DNA from: Callorhinchus milii
Taxonomy: Eukaryota
NCBI RefSeq assembly: GCF_018977255.1
Contig: NW_024704742.1
Span: 104,348,001 to 104,412,000 of the forward strand
Reading direction: 5' to 3'
Length of the DNA: 64,000 bases
Below, one piece after another: positions 37,977 to 51,202 of the stretch (position 1 is the stretch's first letter; each line of letters opens with the position of its first letter). The position numbers were made by a program, and so were the translations under genes. The notes below the pieces were generated by a model. That model saw nothing but the letters and a program-made list of their open reading frames with translations. It was not told where the DNA came from and did no database searches.

Positions 37977-39379
37977 GCTCTTTTGGTGTATTTTGTGTTC
38001 GTCAACAATAAGGAATGATAGTGCTGGAAAATTGATGATTTTCCATTTTTGTTTCTTGCATCAAACAAGATCAACCACATAATGGGTTAGATTTAGCATA
38101 AAGTTTATTCTGCATTGGCACAAACAATGTGGCTAAGACCGAATCTTGTAAGAGCATCCGCACAGCAGCCACCTCTCAATTTTGAGAAATCCACTCTGAT
38201 GCCATGTGCTTCCGCAGTGGAATTCCCACAGGTCAGTGTGACATGCTTCCAGTTGCAGGAGGGTGTTCCTGTTTCAAGGAATCCTATTAAGAAATACTGA
38301 CCTCAAAAACCTCAACTCAAAGTTCAACTCAAAGGCCATTTTACATTCAGTGTTACTGATGAACATCTTTAAAATTGACTGGCTCTTGGCCCAATATCAA
38401 ACTGTATTGACAAATGAGGAGCAGGTCAGTTATGCTTAACAGCCTAGAATTAAGCACAGTACAGTTAGCACAATCCAAGCAAGTTAAATGAAAATATAAA
38501 TCAACTTGTGAGTGAGAGTGCCAGGGAGTTCAGATGCCGTGCTCCCACCAGTCCATGAGAAAGTGTGGATTGAGATTGAACATAGATTAGTCACTGGACT
38601 GACTAGTTTTCAAACACCAAAGAGTAGCCTTATATCCAACATTGGAGGAACATATATCCACAATTAGCTCTTCAGGAAAAAAAATTGTTTTTGGAAGTAC
38701 CTATCCGATTTGCTTACTACCCACTCCACTACCTGTTGACTCCACTCAGAGGGTAAAGGTACCATCCTTCCGATATGTCAATAAATCAAGGTTCCATCTG
38801 CTTGGACAATAAAGATCCCATGCCATTATTCAAAAAGAGAAGAGAGTTTCTCTCGCTGTCTTGGCCAACAACCCAACCCCCACTCCACACCCACCCCCAC
38901 CACACACACACATAATTGGTCACTCCATGTGGGAGATTGCTGTGCGCATATTGGTCTGTCATATACTTTCTAATCTACACAAACACAGAGACTGCCTCAT
39001 TAGCAATACCAAATACATCAGTGCCAAACCATCCATCTGGTCTAAGGAAGATTCAATGCTTTATCTTACCCTCTTACGTCCTCCATTGCTGCTTCACACT
39101 AAGGTATTTCCTGCTTAAGAAAGGAACATATGGCTTGTGGACTGAGCAGCTGCTATCAATGCAGCTCCATCACTAATTGGCAGCACATAGGGTACGTTTC
39201 CGAGTGCATACCTGTACATACTGTATAAAATCAGCTTAATAATTTTGCCTCTTTTTTGAATTGGTTAGCTGCTATACAGAGTTCTGTCCAGCAGCTAGCT
39301 AAGAAGTTCACCACAATGATGACGTTTTTTTTAATCTGTGCTTTAGTTTTTGTTTGTTAAACTAAGGTTAGTATAATGT

Positions 39380-39760
39380 GTAGGGCCTTACCGCAAAGCT
39401 GAGCCAGTTGGGAGGACATCTCAAAGCACTTCACACCATCCAAACTGGGAGCCTGAGATGGGGTGGGAGGGGGGATAGATGGCCAAACGAGTGGTTGAAA
39501 AATAGAGCAAAGCAGGTTTTGAAGTTGGGGACAGAGGGTGTAAGGTGGAGGGACTCTGGGATGGAGTTTCTGAGAGCCAGGACGGATGGTGGACAAGCAC
39601 ATGAGCAGGTTACTGCTAGCTGAGTGTAGGGAGTGCCCAGGAGGGTCACAGGAGGTCACAGAGGTTTGATGGCTGTGGTCATTGAAGAAAGTGAAGACAA
39701 AAAACAAAATCAATCTTCTGTCAGAAGAGGAGCCAGTGCAGCTGAGCAAGATGGGGTTGA
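39380..39760 (-). mobile_element. Old L2 3' fragment
   Basis: Minus translation RNSIPESLHLTPSVPNFKTCF; degenerate terminal stem-loop. Confidence 0.75.
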
Positions 39761-40352
39761 AAAACCTGTAACAAAGGGAGTTGGATAAATACTGGAGGAA
39801 AGATAATGTGAAAAATTCTGTGGAAAAAGCAACGAATGGGAATACAATAGACAGCTCCAGATGGGGAGACATAATGGGCTAAAATGGCTTTGGGTTCTGT
39901 AAATGTACCAGTGTGAAAAACAACAGGATGCAGAAGCTTGAAATAACTGTAAGAAGAGCAGGAGCTTGATGACTTTGATGTAGATGGTTGCTGAGAGAAT
40001 TGGGGAATTGTAGAGGGAATATTCTTCAAGGGCAATGACGGGCAAGCCACAATTTGCCAACTCCCAATTCATGTTCCAGCAACCCTAGAGCAGCAAGCTG
40101 AGGTTGCTTTTAAGCTGTGTGTGGGAAAGAGCTCCAGGCAATGATGGTAACCAGAAATTTCATAGGAAGTAATGGATGGAACTTAGTGCTGATATTCTGT
40201 GAGAAACTTTTGGCATAGAATAGATAGGTACAGCTGAAGCAACTCTTGTGTTGCTGAAATATGAATGGGGAGAGGCTTAAACAAATAATAATAATTCTTG
40301 CATTTGTTATAGTGCTTCTCACATTGGGAGGACAACATAAAGCACTTCACTT

Positions 40353-40727
40353 GGACCTGAATCCTGTAGCAAATTGGTTAGAGCACTCATCTCGCAAGCA
40401 AGAGGACCTGGGTTCAATTTCCGGCAGGGTAAAACCTTAAGCAAGTTTCCTTACTCCACATACCTCTGTTTACCTAACAGTGAGTAGGAACCTGGTTATT
40501 AGTCGATTGGCGGATCGCTTTTCCGGGGGTACTAACCCTTTTAAAAAAATGATTTGGTCACTCAGTCCATGATTGTTTGTGGGACACTGCTGTGTGCAAT
40601 TGGCTGCCAGTTTTCACCCACAAAATATACAGTCAATTCACTTTACAGTTTATTCTGTGAAGTGCTTTGAGAGGTGTTGAAGACTTGAAATGGTGCTATA
40701 TCAAATGCAAGGATTATTATTATTATT
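40353..40727 (+). mobile_element. tRNA-Ala-derived SINE, long subfamily
   Basis: tggttagagcactcatctCGCaag, gggttcaattt, (TTA)n tail. Confidence 0.9.
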
Positions 40728-41039
40728 CACAGGATTTCCGAGAAAGTGTATTATCCATGTTGTAGGCTAATGAAGCAGCCAAGTTGTAGTACTTCTAAAT
40801 ACAAGTTGCATTTATACAGTGCCCTTCATGTAGAATAGCATCTTGGAGTGATACAACTACTTCCTGTGATACAACTCTTGCCAAAGACATTCGCTTCACG
40901 TTTTCAAGAGTGGATTCTGGGTGGAGCAAATTATTCTCAGAAATTAATTAGGTTTGTGCTGTATTGAATCCATCTAGTCTGCCATTTAACAAGAGAGCAT
41001 TGAAGTGCTGGTTCATAGGATCCAAGCTTTTAACACAAC

Positions 41040-41792
41040 AAATATCCATACTCCTTGGCTCCCTTCAACTTCTTTGTTCCTGTGGTTCTGATCTCCTCAA
41101 CACCCCCGGCCTATTCCTCAGATTCATCGAACCAACAGCTATCCTTCCTACCCCACATCCAGTCCCTGACCAGGACCGCCTTCCTCTACCTCGCCAAAGC
41201 CCACTTCTGACCGTACCTTAACTCAGACACAATCGAAAAGCTTGTCAATGGGTTCATCACCTCCCAACTCGACTTTCCGAATGCCCTCTTTGCCAGTCTC
41301 CCCAGCTCCACTGTGCACAAGATCCAAGTGATCCAACACTCCGCTGCCCGCATACTCATCTGCACTAAACTCCATACCCCCATTGCACTAGTTCTAGCCA
41401 GGCTCCACTGGCTCCCTATCGCTGAATGGATCGATTTCAAGATCCTCACACTCATTTCAAATCCCTTCGTGCTCTGGTACATCCCTACCTCTCCAACCTG
41501 CTTACCCCTCCAACCCACTACCCGCTGACTCCACCTGGTTCTGTCCTCTTGCCTTCCATTTTGCCATCGATGGCCGTGCTTTCAGCCACTACACCCCGAA
41601 ACACTGGAACACTCTTCCTTTATCCCTCCAACTTCCCCCTTCCTTCCCCATCTGCCGATTGCACCTGAAGACCTTCTTCTTCAATCCCGCCTGCGGTCAT
41701 CTATCCCCTCCCCCGACTCAACATCGTGCTCCACTGAAAAGTGCTCTGGGATGTTACCCTGCATGAGAGGTGCTATATAAATGCAAGTTGTT
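41040..41792 (+). mobile_element. L2 3' fragment, decayed
   Basis: KIQVIQHSAARIL..LARLHWLPIAEWIDFKIL; same subfamily as 2146 and 43676. Confidence 0.88.
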
Positions 41793-41834
41793 CTAGTTAT
41801 TGTTATCATTACTGTGATAATTATCATCTTCGAT

Positions 41835-42172
41835 AACAAGATTGGTTTGGATGGAGAAGGCTCTTTGACCCATCTGATCTTCTCCTTCCAGGATACCCAT
41901 CCTACCATTCCCTCTTCAGCATCAAACTGCTTTTCAAATGAACCCAGTGTCCTGGCCTCCACCACTCTTCCTGGAAACTGTTCCAGTCGTTACCCTCTGA
42001 GTAAAGAAAAACATCCTGGTGTCTGTCCTGAATTTGCCCTTTAAAACTCTAAACCTATGTCCTATTGTATTGTTTCGTCCTAAAGTATTGATCTGTTTTT
42101 ATGTTTTCAATCCAATTTAAAATGTTCTACACCTCTACGAGGTCCCCTCTGAGTCGTCTTCACTCAAGACTA
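41835..42172 (-). mobile_element. Old CR1 3' fragment
   Basis: Minus translation VVEARTLGSFEKQFD; RRLRGDLVEV remnant. Confidence 0.78.
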
Positions 42173-42285
42173 GTTGGTCTAATTATTCTCATAGTCTGGG
42201 TCAATAGAAAGGTACAGCTGCACTTACTCCACAAAATCCACTATAAACGCCCTTAGATGATTATTTGGGGAGGACAAGTCAGCAG

Positions 42286-42402
42286 CCCTATGGGGAGAGA
42301 GCAGGGGAGTGGGATTGATTTGGATAGCTCTTTTCAAAGAGCCGGCACAGACATGGCTGAATGGTCTCCTTCTGTACTGTATAAATCCATGATTCCACGA
42401 TT
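42286..42402 (+). mobile_element. CR1 3' UTR fragment
   Basis: Matches 23378-23482; ends in 8-nt-type repeats atccatga ttccacga. Confidence 0.8.
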
Positions 42403-42556
42403 CTCTGCTACAAATCCGCTGAGCAATGTAGTTTCTGGCTCATGGGCCTCTCGCTGTTAAATCGCCGCAACTGTGGGTGGAGCAGTTCCAGACACGAATG
42501 CGCTGTGCGGCACAAGTGGGAAATGCACTCCGCTCGGAGGCCCCGCTGTTGGGATT

Positions 42557-43390
42557 GTCTGTGCGTGTCTCTATGTGAGTGTGTTTGTGCGAGTGTGTCT
42601 CTCTCCTCTCTATGTGTGTGTGAGTGTCTGTGCGTGTCTCTCTCTATGTGTGTGTGTCTGTGAGTCTCTCTATGTGTGTGTCTATAAATGCAATCTTGTT
42701 GTTGTTGTTGAGTGTCTGTGTGTTTCTTTTTCTATGTGTGTGTGTGTGTGAGTGTCTGTGTGTCTCTTTCCTCTCTATGTGTGTGTGTGTCTGTGTGTCT
42801 CTCCTCTCTATGTGTATGTGGAAGTGTCTGTGTGTCTCTCTATGTGTGTGTGTGTCTCTGTGTGTGTGTGAGTGTATGTGTGTCTCTCTCCTCTGTGTGT
42901 GTGTCTGTGTGTCTCTCTCTATGTATGTGTGTGTGTCTCTCTCTGTGTGTGTGAGTGTCTGTGTGACTGTGTCTCTCTCCTCTCTGTGTGTGTGTGAATG
43001 TCTGTGTGTCTCTCAATGTGTTTGTGAGTGTATGAGTGTCTGTGTGAGTGTGTCTCTCTCCTCTGTGTGTGGTGTGTGCTTCTCTCCCTCTGTGTGTTTG
43101 TGAGTGTGTGAGTGTGTGTGTCTCTCTCCATGTGTTTGTGAGTGTATGAGTGTCTGTATGAATGTGTCTCTCTCCTCTGTATGTGTGTCTGTTTGTGAAT
43201 GTCTGTGTGTCCCTCTGTATGCATGTTTGTGAGTGTGTCTCTTCTATATGTTTGTGTTTATGAGTGTCTCTGTGTGAAGGTGTCGCTCTCCTCTGTCTGT
43301 GTATGTCTCTTTGTGTCTATGAGTGTGTGTCTCTCTCTCTGAGAATGTGTGTCTCTCTGCGTGTGTGAGTGTGTGTGGTCTCTGTGTGTC
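42557..43390. repeat. Compound (TG)/(TC) microsatellite-minisatellite, about 830 bp
   Basis: Recurrent units like gtgtgagtgtctgtgtgtctctctcctctctatgt. Confidence 0.95.
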
Positions 43391-43675
43391 TTGTGGGGAG
43401 GCTGTGGTAAGCTCCTGTAGTCTCGCTGGTGTCCCACTCCCCAAAAAATGGGCCACCCAGCTTTTGTTAAAGAGGCAATTAATAGATTTTTTTGCAACGA
43501 TTTAATATGTGTTATTTCCTCATGTTTAGTTTTTATCAATCATATGAAAAAATGTAGGTTGGCAGTAAAATCTAGCACAAAAGCACCAATCAACTCCCCC
43601 CAATTTTCTGCAAAATTTATCAAAATCCCCCCCCCGCAATTTCCCCCAAATATTCACACACTTTTCTATTGTCCC

Positions 43676-44215
43676 AGCCACATTGCCTGCCTCCGACTGT
43701 ACCTTACCTCAAATGCAGCCGAAACCCTTGTGCATGCGCTTGTCACCTCCCGCCTGGATTACTCCAACACACTCCTCGCCGGTCTCCCCAGCTCCACTAT
43801 TCAAAAGATACAACTCATTCAGAACTCTGCCGCACCATACTGACCCGGACCAAACTCTACCCACATCTCACCAGTTCTGGCCAGGCTCCACTGGCTCCCC
43901 ATCACCGAACGGATCTATACAAGATCCTCATTCTCGTGTTCAAATCCAAATCCCTGTCACATCCCTACTTCTCCGACTTCCTTATTCCCCAATTCACCAC
44001 CTGGCACCTCTGCTCAACTGGTACCGGCCTCCTGCTCATCCCTCGCACCTTCCGGCCCACCATCGGAGGTCTCACTTTCAGCCACTACCCCCTGAAACTC
44101 TGGAACACTCTCCTTCAATCTGTCCACCCTGCCCCCTCTCTCCCCTTTTTCAAGTCTCACCTGAAAACCTTCCTCTTTGACCATGCTTATGGCCACCTCA
44201 CCCTCCCCACCCCTC
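43676..44215 (+). mobile_element. L2 RT C-terminal fragment
   Basis: AAETLVHALVTSRLDYSNTLLAGLP; TIGGLTFSHYPLKLWN; HLKTFLFDHAY. Confidence 0.92.
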
Positions 44216-45084
44216 TGCTCTGCTCCCTGTGGAATTTAACATTATATTTAGAATTTAACTGAAGTAGATACAATATGTAATAACCTATTTCCTTTTTGGT
44301 GTTTTTTTGTGCTCACGGAAGTCAGGATTTCAGTGCTGGGAAATGGAATACCTTTCCACCTTCCACTTGACAATTCTAAAGCAAATCAAAGGTGATCTAC
44401 TAAAATGAGCACTGTGCCAGTCAGCGGTTTTCCATTTCTTATATCCTTCTGTCTTTGAGAGATTGTCAATTTACATCCCCCTCTCCTGCTTCACACCAGG
44501 GATATCTCTTCCCTTCAGGCTGGAGGTGTGGGTTTGTTTTCAACTGCTACCAATATTGCTCCATCATTTCATACACTTCTATGTGTATGTTTGAGTCAAT
44601 GTATATAAACTCAGTCACGTATTTTTATTAATAATAATTCTTGCATTTTATACAGCGTCTATAATGCTGAGAATGCCTTTAAAGTGCTTCACAAAATTTC
44701 TGTAAAGTGTAGATACTGTGTATGTATAGGTGAATGTGGCAGCCAATTTGCACCAGGCAATGTCTCACAAACCGTCATATGGTGAGTCATTGTTTGTGCT
44801 CACGTAAGTTATCTGGAGAATTGTTGGCCAGGACACCATTACTTCATTTCTGAGAGGCAAAACTAACTCATTTTGTGCCAATTTGTGCTGAATTGAAGGT
44901 AGTCTGATTCTGTGGGCACATTGATAATTATAAAGCACTTTGAAAAGATCTGATGTAATAAAGCACTGTAAAAATGCAAACTATTTCTTTACAAGATATT
45001 CATTGTATATTGAACTTCCCTAGAATAATTATAGTGTAACCTTTACCTCAGTAACTGTACTGGGTGAAATCTAACTGCCGTCTA

Positions 45085-45348
45085 GTCAGTGACTAGAGGG
45101 CATCCATTTAAGTTAGTAAACAAGCAATGGAGAGGTTTGGAGAATTGTTTTTCAGGCACAGAGTAGTTTGGATATGAATGCCCTGCCAGGAACGACGGTT
45201 GAGACAGAATCCATATTAGCCTTCAATGCAATAAAAGAGTTGGGGTGTGGTGAAAGGTCAGGTAAATGGACCTGAAATAATTGCTCTTGAGGAAGCTGGT
45301 ACAAACAGATGGGCCGATTGGCCTTCTTCTGTGCCGTAAATTTTTAAG
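45085..45348 (+). mobile_element. Old CR1 3' fragment
   Basis: actagagggcatccatttaag; ends gatgggccgattggccttcttctgtgccgta. Confidence 0.75.
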
Positions 45349-45472
45349 ACTGCTAGAGACTTATCTGAGAATCTCCAAATTTGAGGGTCCCTGGATCCAA
45401 TAGAGAACAAATGTCTTATTAATCCAGGTGAGATTACAAATGGGTAGGGTCTAGATTTACCATATTAATCTA

Positions 45473-45610
45473 GCAATTTACAGTGTCCAGAATTTGGCAA
45501 GTTCTTAAACATAATCCTGATTTTGAGGCCAGTTTTGAGAATTACAGAAAACTGACCAGAAACTTAAGATTGATTTCAACAATTTGCCAAATCCTGCGTG
45601 CTCTAAAATG
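45473..45610. repeat. Degenerate palindrome (about 65-bp arms)
   Basis: cagaatttggcaag..ggccagtttt versus aaaactgacc..tttgccaaatcctg. Confidence 0.65.
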
Positions 45611-45923
45611 CTGCATAAATGAAGTCAATCTACACCCAGATAGAATGTCTTCTCACAAGTCCCCAGAGGGATTGACTAAATGCACCTCTCAGTCTGAGAA
45701 TGTTTGATTTGTGCAATAACGTAGGTATAATCTTACAACAGCTCTGAAGAATAATTTTAACACCTAAGAACTTTTCCAATGTCTCCACCATCTTAAGTGT
45801 TATTGGTAAGATGAATTATTTTCTGTGTGATTTTGGGTGCCACATTTGAAAGTGTATATCTCATCCCTTCATTGTCACCCGCCTTAAATCAACAGATTGC
45901 TGAGGGTGATCTCCAAGGCTTCT

Positions 45924-46242
45924 GTGGAGTCCTGTAGTTCAGTGGTGGAAGAGCACTCGCTTTGCAAACAAGAGACTGGGTTCGATTCCCAGCTGGGAGA
46001 AACCTTGGGCAAGTTTCCTTACTCCACAAGCCTGATAATAATCCCTCAAAAAAAAACAATAATAAATTGGTCATTTCAATCCACGACTGTTTGTAGGACA
46101 CTGGTGTGCGCAATTGGCTGCTGCATTTCACCTACAAGTATACAGTCAATTTAGTTTACAGTCTATTCTTTGAAGCCCTTTGAGACATCTATAAGACATT
46201 AAAAGCGCTATATCAAATGCAAGGATTATTATTATTATTATT
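45924..46242 (+). mobile_element. tRNA-Ala-derived SINE, short subfamily, older copy
   Basis: gtggagtcctgtag head, TGC anticodon, same internal deletion as 4391, (TTA)n tail. Confidence 0.9.
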
Positions 46243-46640
46243 ACATGAAAATAATACATTTATTTTTGACAGCCTATTATTCTTCAATCAGTACTTTTTT
46301 TTGCAATCAAGGCTACCGTCTGTACTAGGAAAATCCAATATGCAATCGAATATCTTGTCAAGAAAGAATAGTTTCCTTATTATTGTATTATTGTTTTTTA
46401 TATATTATTATTTTCTTGTGTCAAAATGTTTCAAAATGCTTTCCTGCAATAGTAGTGAGTCCTTTTGTAGGCAAATATAGACTTATTCCAGAGAAAAGTT
46501 AAAGAATTTGGCTCATGTAAGTGAAATTTTTATTTTTGCAATGTTTAACTGTACTGTGTAATAATGGCTGGATCGTGCTAGTTTGCTACAAAATGGATTG
46601 GGAATTCTGAGCTGTCATCATGGGCGGTTGGAGTAATGTA

Positions 46641-47230
46641 GACCCGCCTGGTTCAAGAACTGGACTACCGAGACTGCCACGGAAAGTTGACTTGATTCCC
46701 ACATTCTATTGCAAGCCATGTCACCTTGGAACCAATCCAATGAGACCCCACTTACCTCACCCAAAGGAGGATGGCTAGATTTTTGCACCATCAGTGAGTG
46801 CTTTCCTAAGCAGGAATGTTTAGGCAGTTTAGACAGATTTGTGAGTTTAAGGGTGGGTTTCACTGCAACAATTGAAGGAATCGGTTCGGATTAATGTTTT
46901 CCCCCCTTTTCAGCTGATGATTTCATGTTAAAAGTTTATCTGAGCCTCTCATTGTTGGTCCCTCATAAAACTCAAAATCTGACTCTGAAGTGAGCAGGGT
47001 CTCATTGGAGCTGAATTGGCTCCAAAGTGATATGTTTGGGAAGGCAATGTTGGAATCAAGTCAACTCTCCGAGGTGGTCTCGGAAGTCCTGTTCTTGAAC
47101 CAGGCAGGTCCAAGGTATTCCAGGGTACTGCTGATGACAACACAACCAGCCTGACTCATCCGGATGACTTCAAGACCAATCATTGGAGGCAGGGATTCTT
47201 TCCACTCAACTCCTGTTAACCCGTTAGCCA
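46641..47230. repeat. Inverted pair of family Y repeats
   Basis: 46641-46755 is an imperfect reverse complement of 46990-47110; the right copy extends to about 47230 by homology with 24490-24620. Confidence 0.8.
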
Positions 47231-47785
47231 AAGCCCCATTGGGAAGCTTGTCATGCAGTTGACTAAGCAGGAATGGAGGCAGTAGTGTGCTTCAATGCTG
47301 CACAGGGCCACAAAAGGTGTGAAGAAATGGTGGGGAAGAGCATTCTTTGACCTGATATGTACTGTCTCAGTCACATTACAATGAATTTCTCCTGATCTTA
47401 GTCTTATTCCAATTGTCTTAAAATGCAAAATTGGGCATAATTTTATGTTTGAGAGAGTTCTTAAAAAACCCGGGGGAAGAAAACATCATAAAGATATAAT
47501 GAAAAATCCCTCTCAGTTCAAAGCTTTGCNTTTTTTTAATGAGTTAATTGTATCTTGCTTCCACAAATCATATGAAAAGGCAAATAAATAGTAAGTGTAG
47601 CAACATTTTCAATCAATTGCTGCACAGAAATAAATGCTGGATTAAATCCATGTAGCAGATGGTAAATCTGTTAATGTCCGTTATATTGACTCAACAGAAC
47701 GCGTGCAGTTTGTGCATTTCTCAGAGAGATTGGTACAATTCCAGCTACATTTACTACCACAACACACAATAAATGATCACTCTGG

Positions 47786-48181
47786 AATAATAATTCTTGC
47801 ATTTAGTACAGGGCCTTTCATTTTTGGAGGACTCCCCAAAGCACTTTACATGATATATTGTAAAGTGGGCTGAATATGTGTTTTGTGGGCATACATCAAA
47901 GCCAATTTGCACACACCATTGTCCCACAAACAGCCATGAAGTGAATGATCAAACTTTTTGGGTGGATTGCTGTCCAGGACACCGGGAGAAACTCCCTTCT
48001 CTTTTTGAACAGTGTCATGGGATCTTCGACACCCACAATATCTCATCCAAAGGACAGCACCTCCAACAACGTGGCACACCCTCAGCTTAGACCGTATGAG
48101 AACCAAGTCCCAACATGAGGCTAGAACCCACAACCTTTTGATTCAGAGGAGAGAGTGCTACTAAATAAACTAGCCTGTCAC
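47786..48181 (-). mobile_element. Deu-domain SINE, near full length
   Basis: (TAA)n tail, stem-loop, tgtcatgggatcttcgacaccc core, tRNA-like head. Confidence 0.8.
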
Positions 48182-49044
48182 AGTATGTTAATCCAAAAGA
48201 TTTTGTCAGTTCTTGCATTCCCGTTCTAAGAACTTGCAAGCAGAATGCTGTAGATATCAAGTGGAGTGGCTTCTCTTACCTTTTTTCTTCTCCATAGTGA
48301 CATAGTTACTCAGCTACTAACTTCATCTCTCCTGTATTTCAAACAGCACTGTGGTACTGTGCATAGATATCCTGATCCTGACAAAGTTGAACACTAGTGA
48401 AGGAAAACAGACCAAGCAGAATTGTTTCTAATTTTCCAATGACGGAAGCACATTTCGCTCTCTCTCTTTCTGATAAACATGTATGTGTTTTTTCAGGAGT
48501 CGCCTCCACGGCACACTGTTTTCACAATTCCAAGATGTGAATTTCAGAAAATGATGGGAGAGAGGTAGCAATCTGCAATAGAAGAGAAGGGAGAAATGTA
48601 GGGAGGGGGAAATCAAGTTAAAATCTGTAACATAAATGACATAAGGCTAACGTTTATTGAAGTAGGAGGAGCAAATACATTGATTCCAACTGTAGTTGGA
48701 GAATTGCTTTGCTTTACAGCTTGACTGAATGGCACAGACGCTTTCTGAAGTGCACATTGCAGTCACAATCGATATAAGGGATGTGATAGTGCAGTTATAT
48801 TACAGCGTTAATGGAAACAAAGAAAAAATAATGCATTTTATAGCACCGTATTACCTCAAAACATCTCAAAGCTCTTTGCAGGTAAATTACTGTCAAGTGA
48901 AGTGACTGTTTTTTCTATTGGGAAGTATTTAATGAGTAGATAGCAACCATTGACCTATGTAAATGAATATAACTCGGAGCACACAGGCAGTAAAGACGTG
49001 GGCTGTGTTAACGAAAAAGAAGTTAGACAACAGACCACATTTTA

Positions 49045-49155
49045 CAAAACACAAAATACTTCAGATGCTGGGAAAACTCAGCAGGTCAGGCAGCATCTAT
49101 GGAGAAAGGAAAGTGAGTCAACGTTTCAGGTCCATGATTCTTCGTCAGAACTCAA
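49045..49155 (-). mobile_element. About 110-bp Penelope-type terminal-repeat insertion carrying a hammerhead motif
   Basis: Homologous to 59091-59229; flanked by direct repeat accacatttta (49034-49044 and 49156-49166). Confidence 0.8.
49114..49154 (-). ncRNA. Minimal type I hammerhead ribozyme motif (stem II damaged)
   Basis: Minus strand: tGAGTT CTGACGA agaatcatggacct GAA ACGT T GACTCa; core boxes intact, stem I pairs, palindromic ACGT stem III. Confidence 0.7.
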
Positions 49156-51202
49156 ACCACATTTTATGTTGTTCTATCAATAAAATTACGTTTCACCCAC
49201 AAAATACACAATCAGCCGACTTGATAATATATTCTGGAAGCGCTTTGAGACGTCTTAACAGTGATGTGAAAAGACACTGTATTAAATGCAAGGATTATTA
49301 TTATTATAACCATACAAGTGATCAACTTTAAAGAATTTCTTAATGACTTTCTGAATTAAGAAATGGCATAAGAAAGTTGATTTATCCCATCATGTTTGAT
49401 TGGCGGGTGGGCTCCCCAATCCACCCCACCCCGAGCTATTTGCTCCAACTAATCCCATTCCTATGCTCCTTTCCCATAACCTTTAATATTATTTTTCCTC
49501 AAGGAATTATCTGATTCTCTTTTTAAATACACTTGTGGACTCAGCTTCAATAACCATTAAATAATCCTTAAGTCATTATTTTCTTTTAAAGTTGTGTGGA
49601 TAAGAAGAGAATATTAACTGTCCAGACAGTAAAGCCAAACAGCTCTCAAATTTTTATTGTTATAACAGCAATTTAATAATAATCCTTGTATTTGATACAG
49701 CGCTTTATCACGTCATTGAGACAGCTCATAGCCCTTCACGGGATATACTGTAAAATGAATTGATCTCAATCCCTCTGCCTTGCCCACCTGCTTATGGTCA
49801 TCTCTTCCATCCCTCCGGCTCTGGTCAGGCTCTGCCACTGTTAAGCGCTGATGCTGTCCGCATAAAGGATGCTTTGTAAATGCAAATTGTTGTTATTGTT
49901 GTTGTCGCTGTTGTTGGGTGTCCAAAACACTCCTGAAAGTTCTTGAGTGGTCCAATGGATGACAGAATAAAATTCAAGGTACCCCCTTTAATGTTATTAT
50001 ACAAACATATGTAATTGCCATGTTAATAATATTGGAATTAGAAAATAATTTTGATTTAGGTGTACATAGATAAAGATCCAAAATTGGGTTAGAATTTTAC
50101 AGGATTTGGATCAATAAAAATGTAGATTGTGTAAATTGGGCTTTTCTTTTTAATTGAAATATGACTCTATTCCTAGAAACCAAGCCAATATGAACTAGAC
50201 ATTAATAATATAATAATTCTTGCAGTTGATATAGAGCTTCATCATGTCAAAATGCTTCACCAAGATTTATTGTATAGTGTAGTGATTGTGCACTTATTGG
50301 ATGAACATAGCAGCCAACTACATTTCACAGCAAAGTCCCATAAACAGTTGTTTGTCTACAAATACACAGTCACTCCATTTCACAGTAAGACCTGTGAAGC
50401 ACTTTGAGACATCCTTCTGAGGTGATAAGGTACTATACCAAATGCAAGGATTATTATTATTGTGAAGTGAATGACCAATTTTATTTAGTGGATTGTTGGT
50501 CCGCACACTGAGAGAAACTCCCTATTCTTTTTGAATAGTAGCACTGGATTGTTAATATCCACCTGAATAATCGTTTAAAAATAAAATAATAAACAATAAT
50601 CCTTGCATTTGATATAGCGCCTTATCATGTCTTCGAGACCGTTCAAAGCACTGTAAAGTGAATGGACTGTATATTTTGGGGGTGAAATGTGGCAGCCAAT
50701 TGTGCATTGCAATCGTAGATTGAGTGACCAAACCAGTTACGGTAATTTACAGGCCAAGAACTATCTATTTGGCAAAGGCAAAGCAAAACTGTCAGCGCAA
50801 TTTTCATTTCAGCAAAAACATGTTCACGGATGTATGTCAAGTGTTAAATGTTAACTTGGAATCACCCTGTCTGATGAGCTGTGAAACTAATGCCAACTAT
50901 GAATCCCTATAGCAAATAGTCCTTCCAAGCATCAGGGAGTAATAATATCAATATAACCCAGTCAATTATGTCTAAATGTGTCAAGATCACAAATTCACTA
51001 ATAATTACAGATTGTACATTATGAAGATTAAAAGTAGCCACAAAAGTAATGATTTTGTTCAAAGAAGTATTTTCACATACCACAGCCTCTCTCCACTCTG
51101 CCGTTTTTCCACCTCTTTCAGATCACTCCTCAAGCAGTACTGAATCACTGAACTATTATCTCCTCCATACATGTCAATGCAGCTACACTGATGCTCACAT
51201 CT

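Noticed and set aside
42442..43539. Cys/Val- and His/Thr-rich ORFs
   Set aside because: Translations of the (TG)/(TC) microsatellite.
47530..47530. Single N bases (also at 57162)
   Set aside because: Assembly ambiguity next to T runs, not biology.
50865..50895. CTGATGA-gctgt-GAAAC hammerhead-like core (similar at about 28491)
   Set aside because: No stem I, stem II or stem III pairing and no properly placed NUH; chance match.
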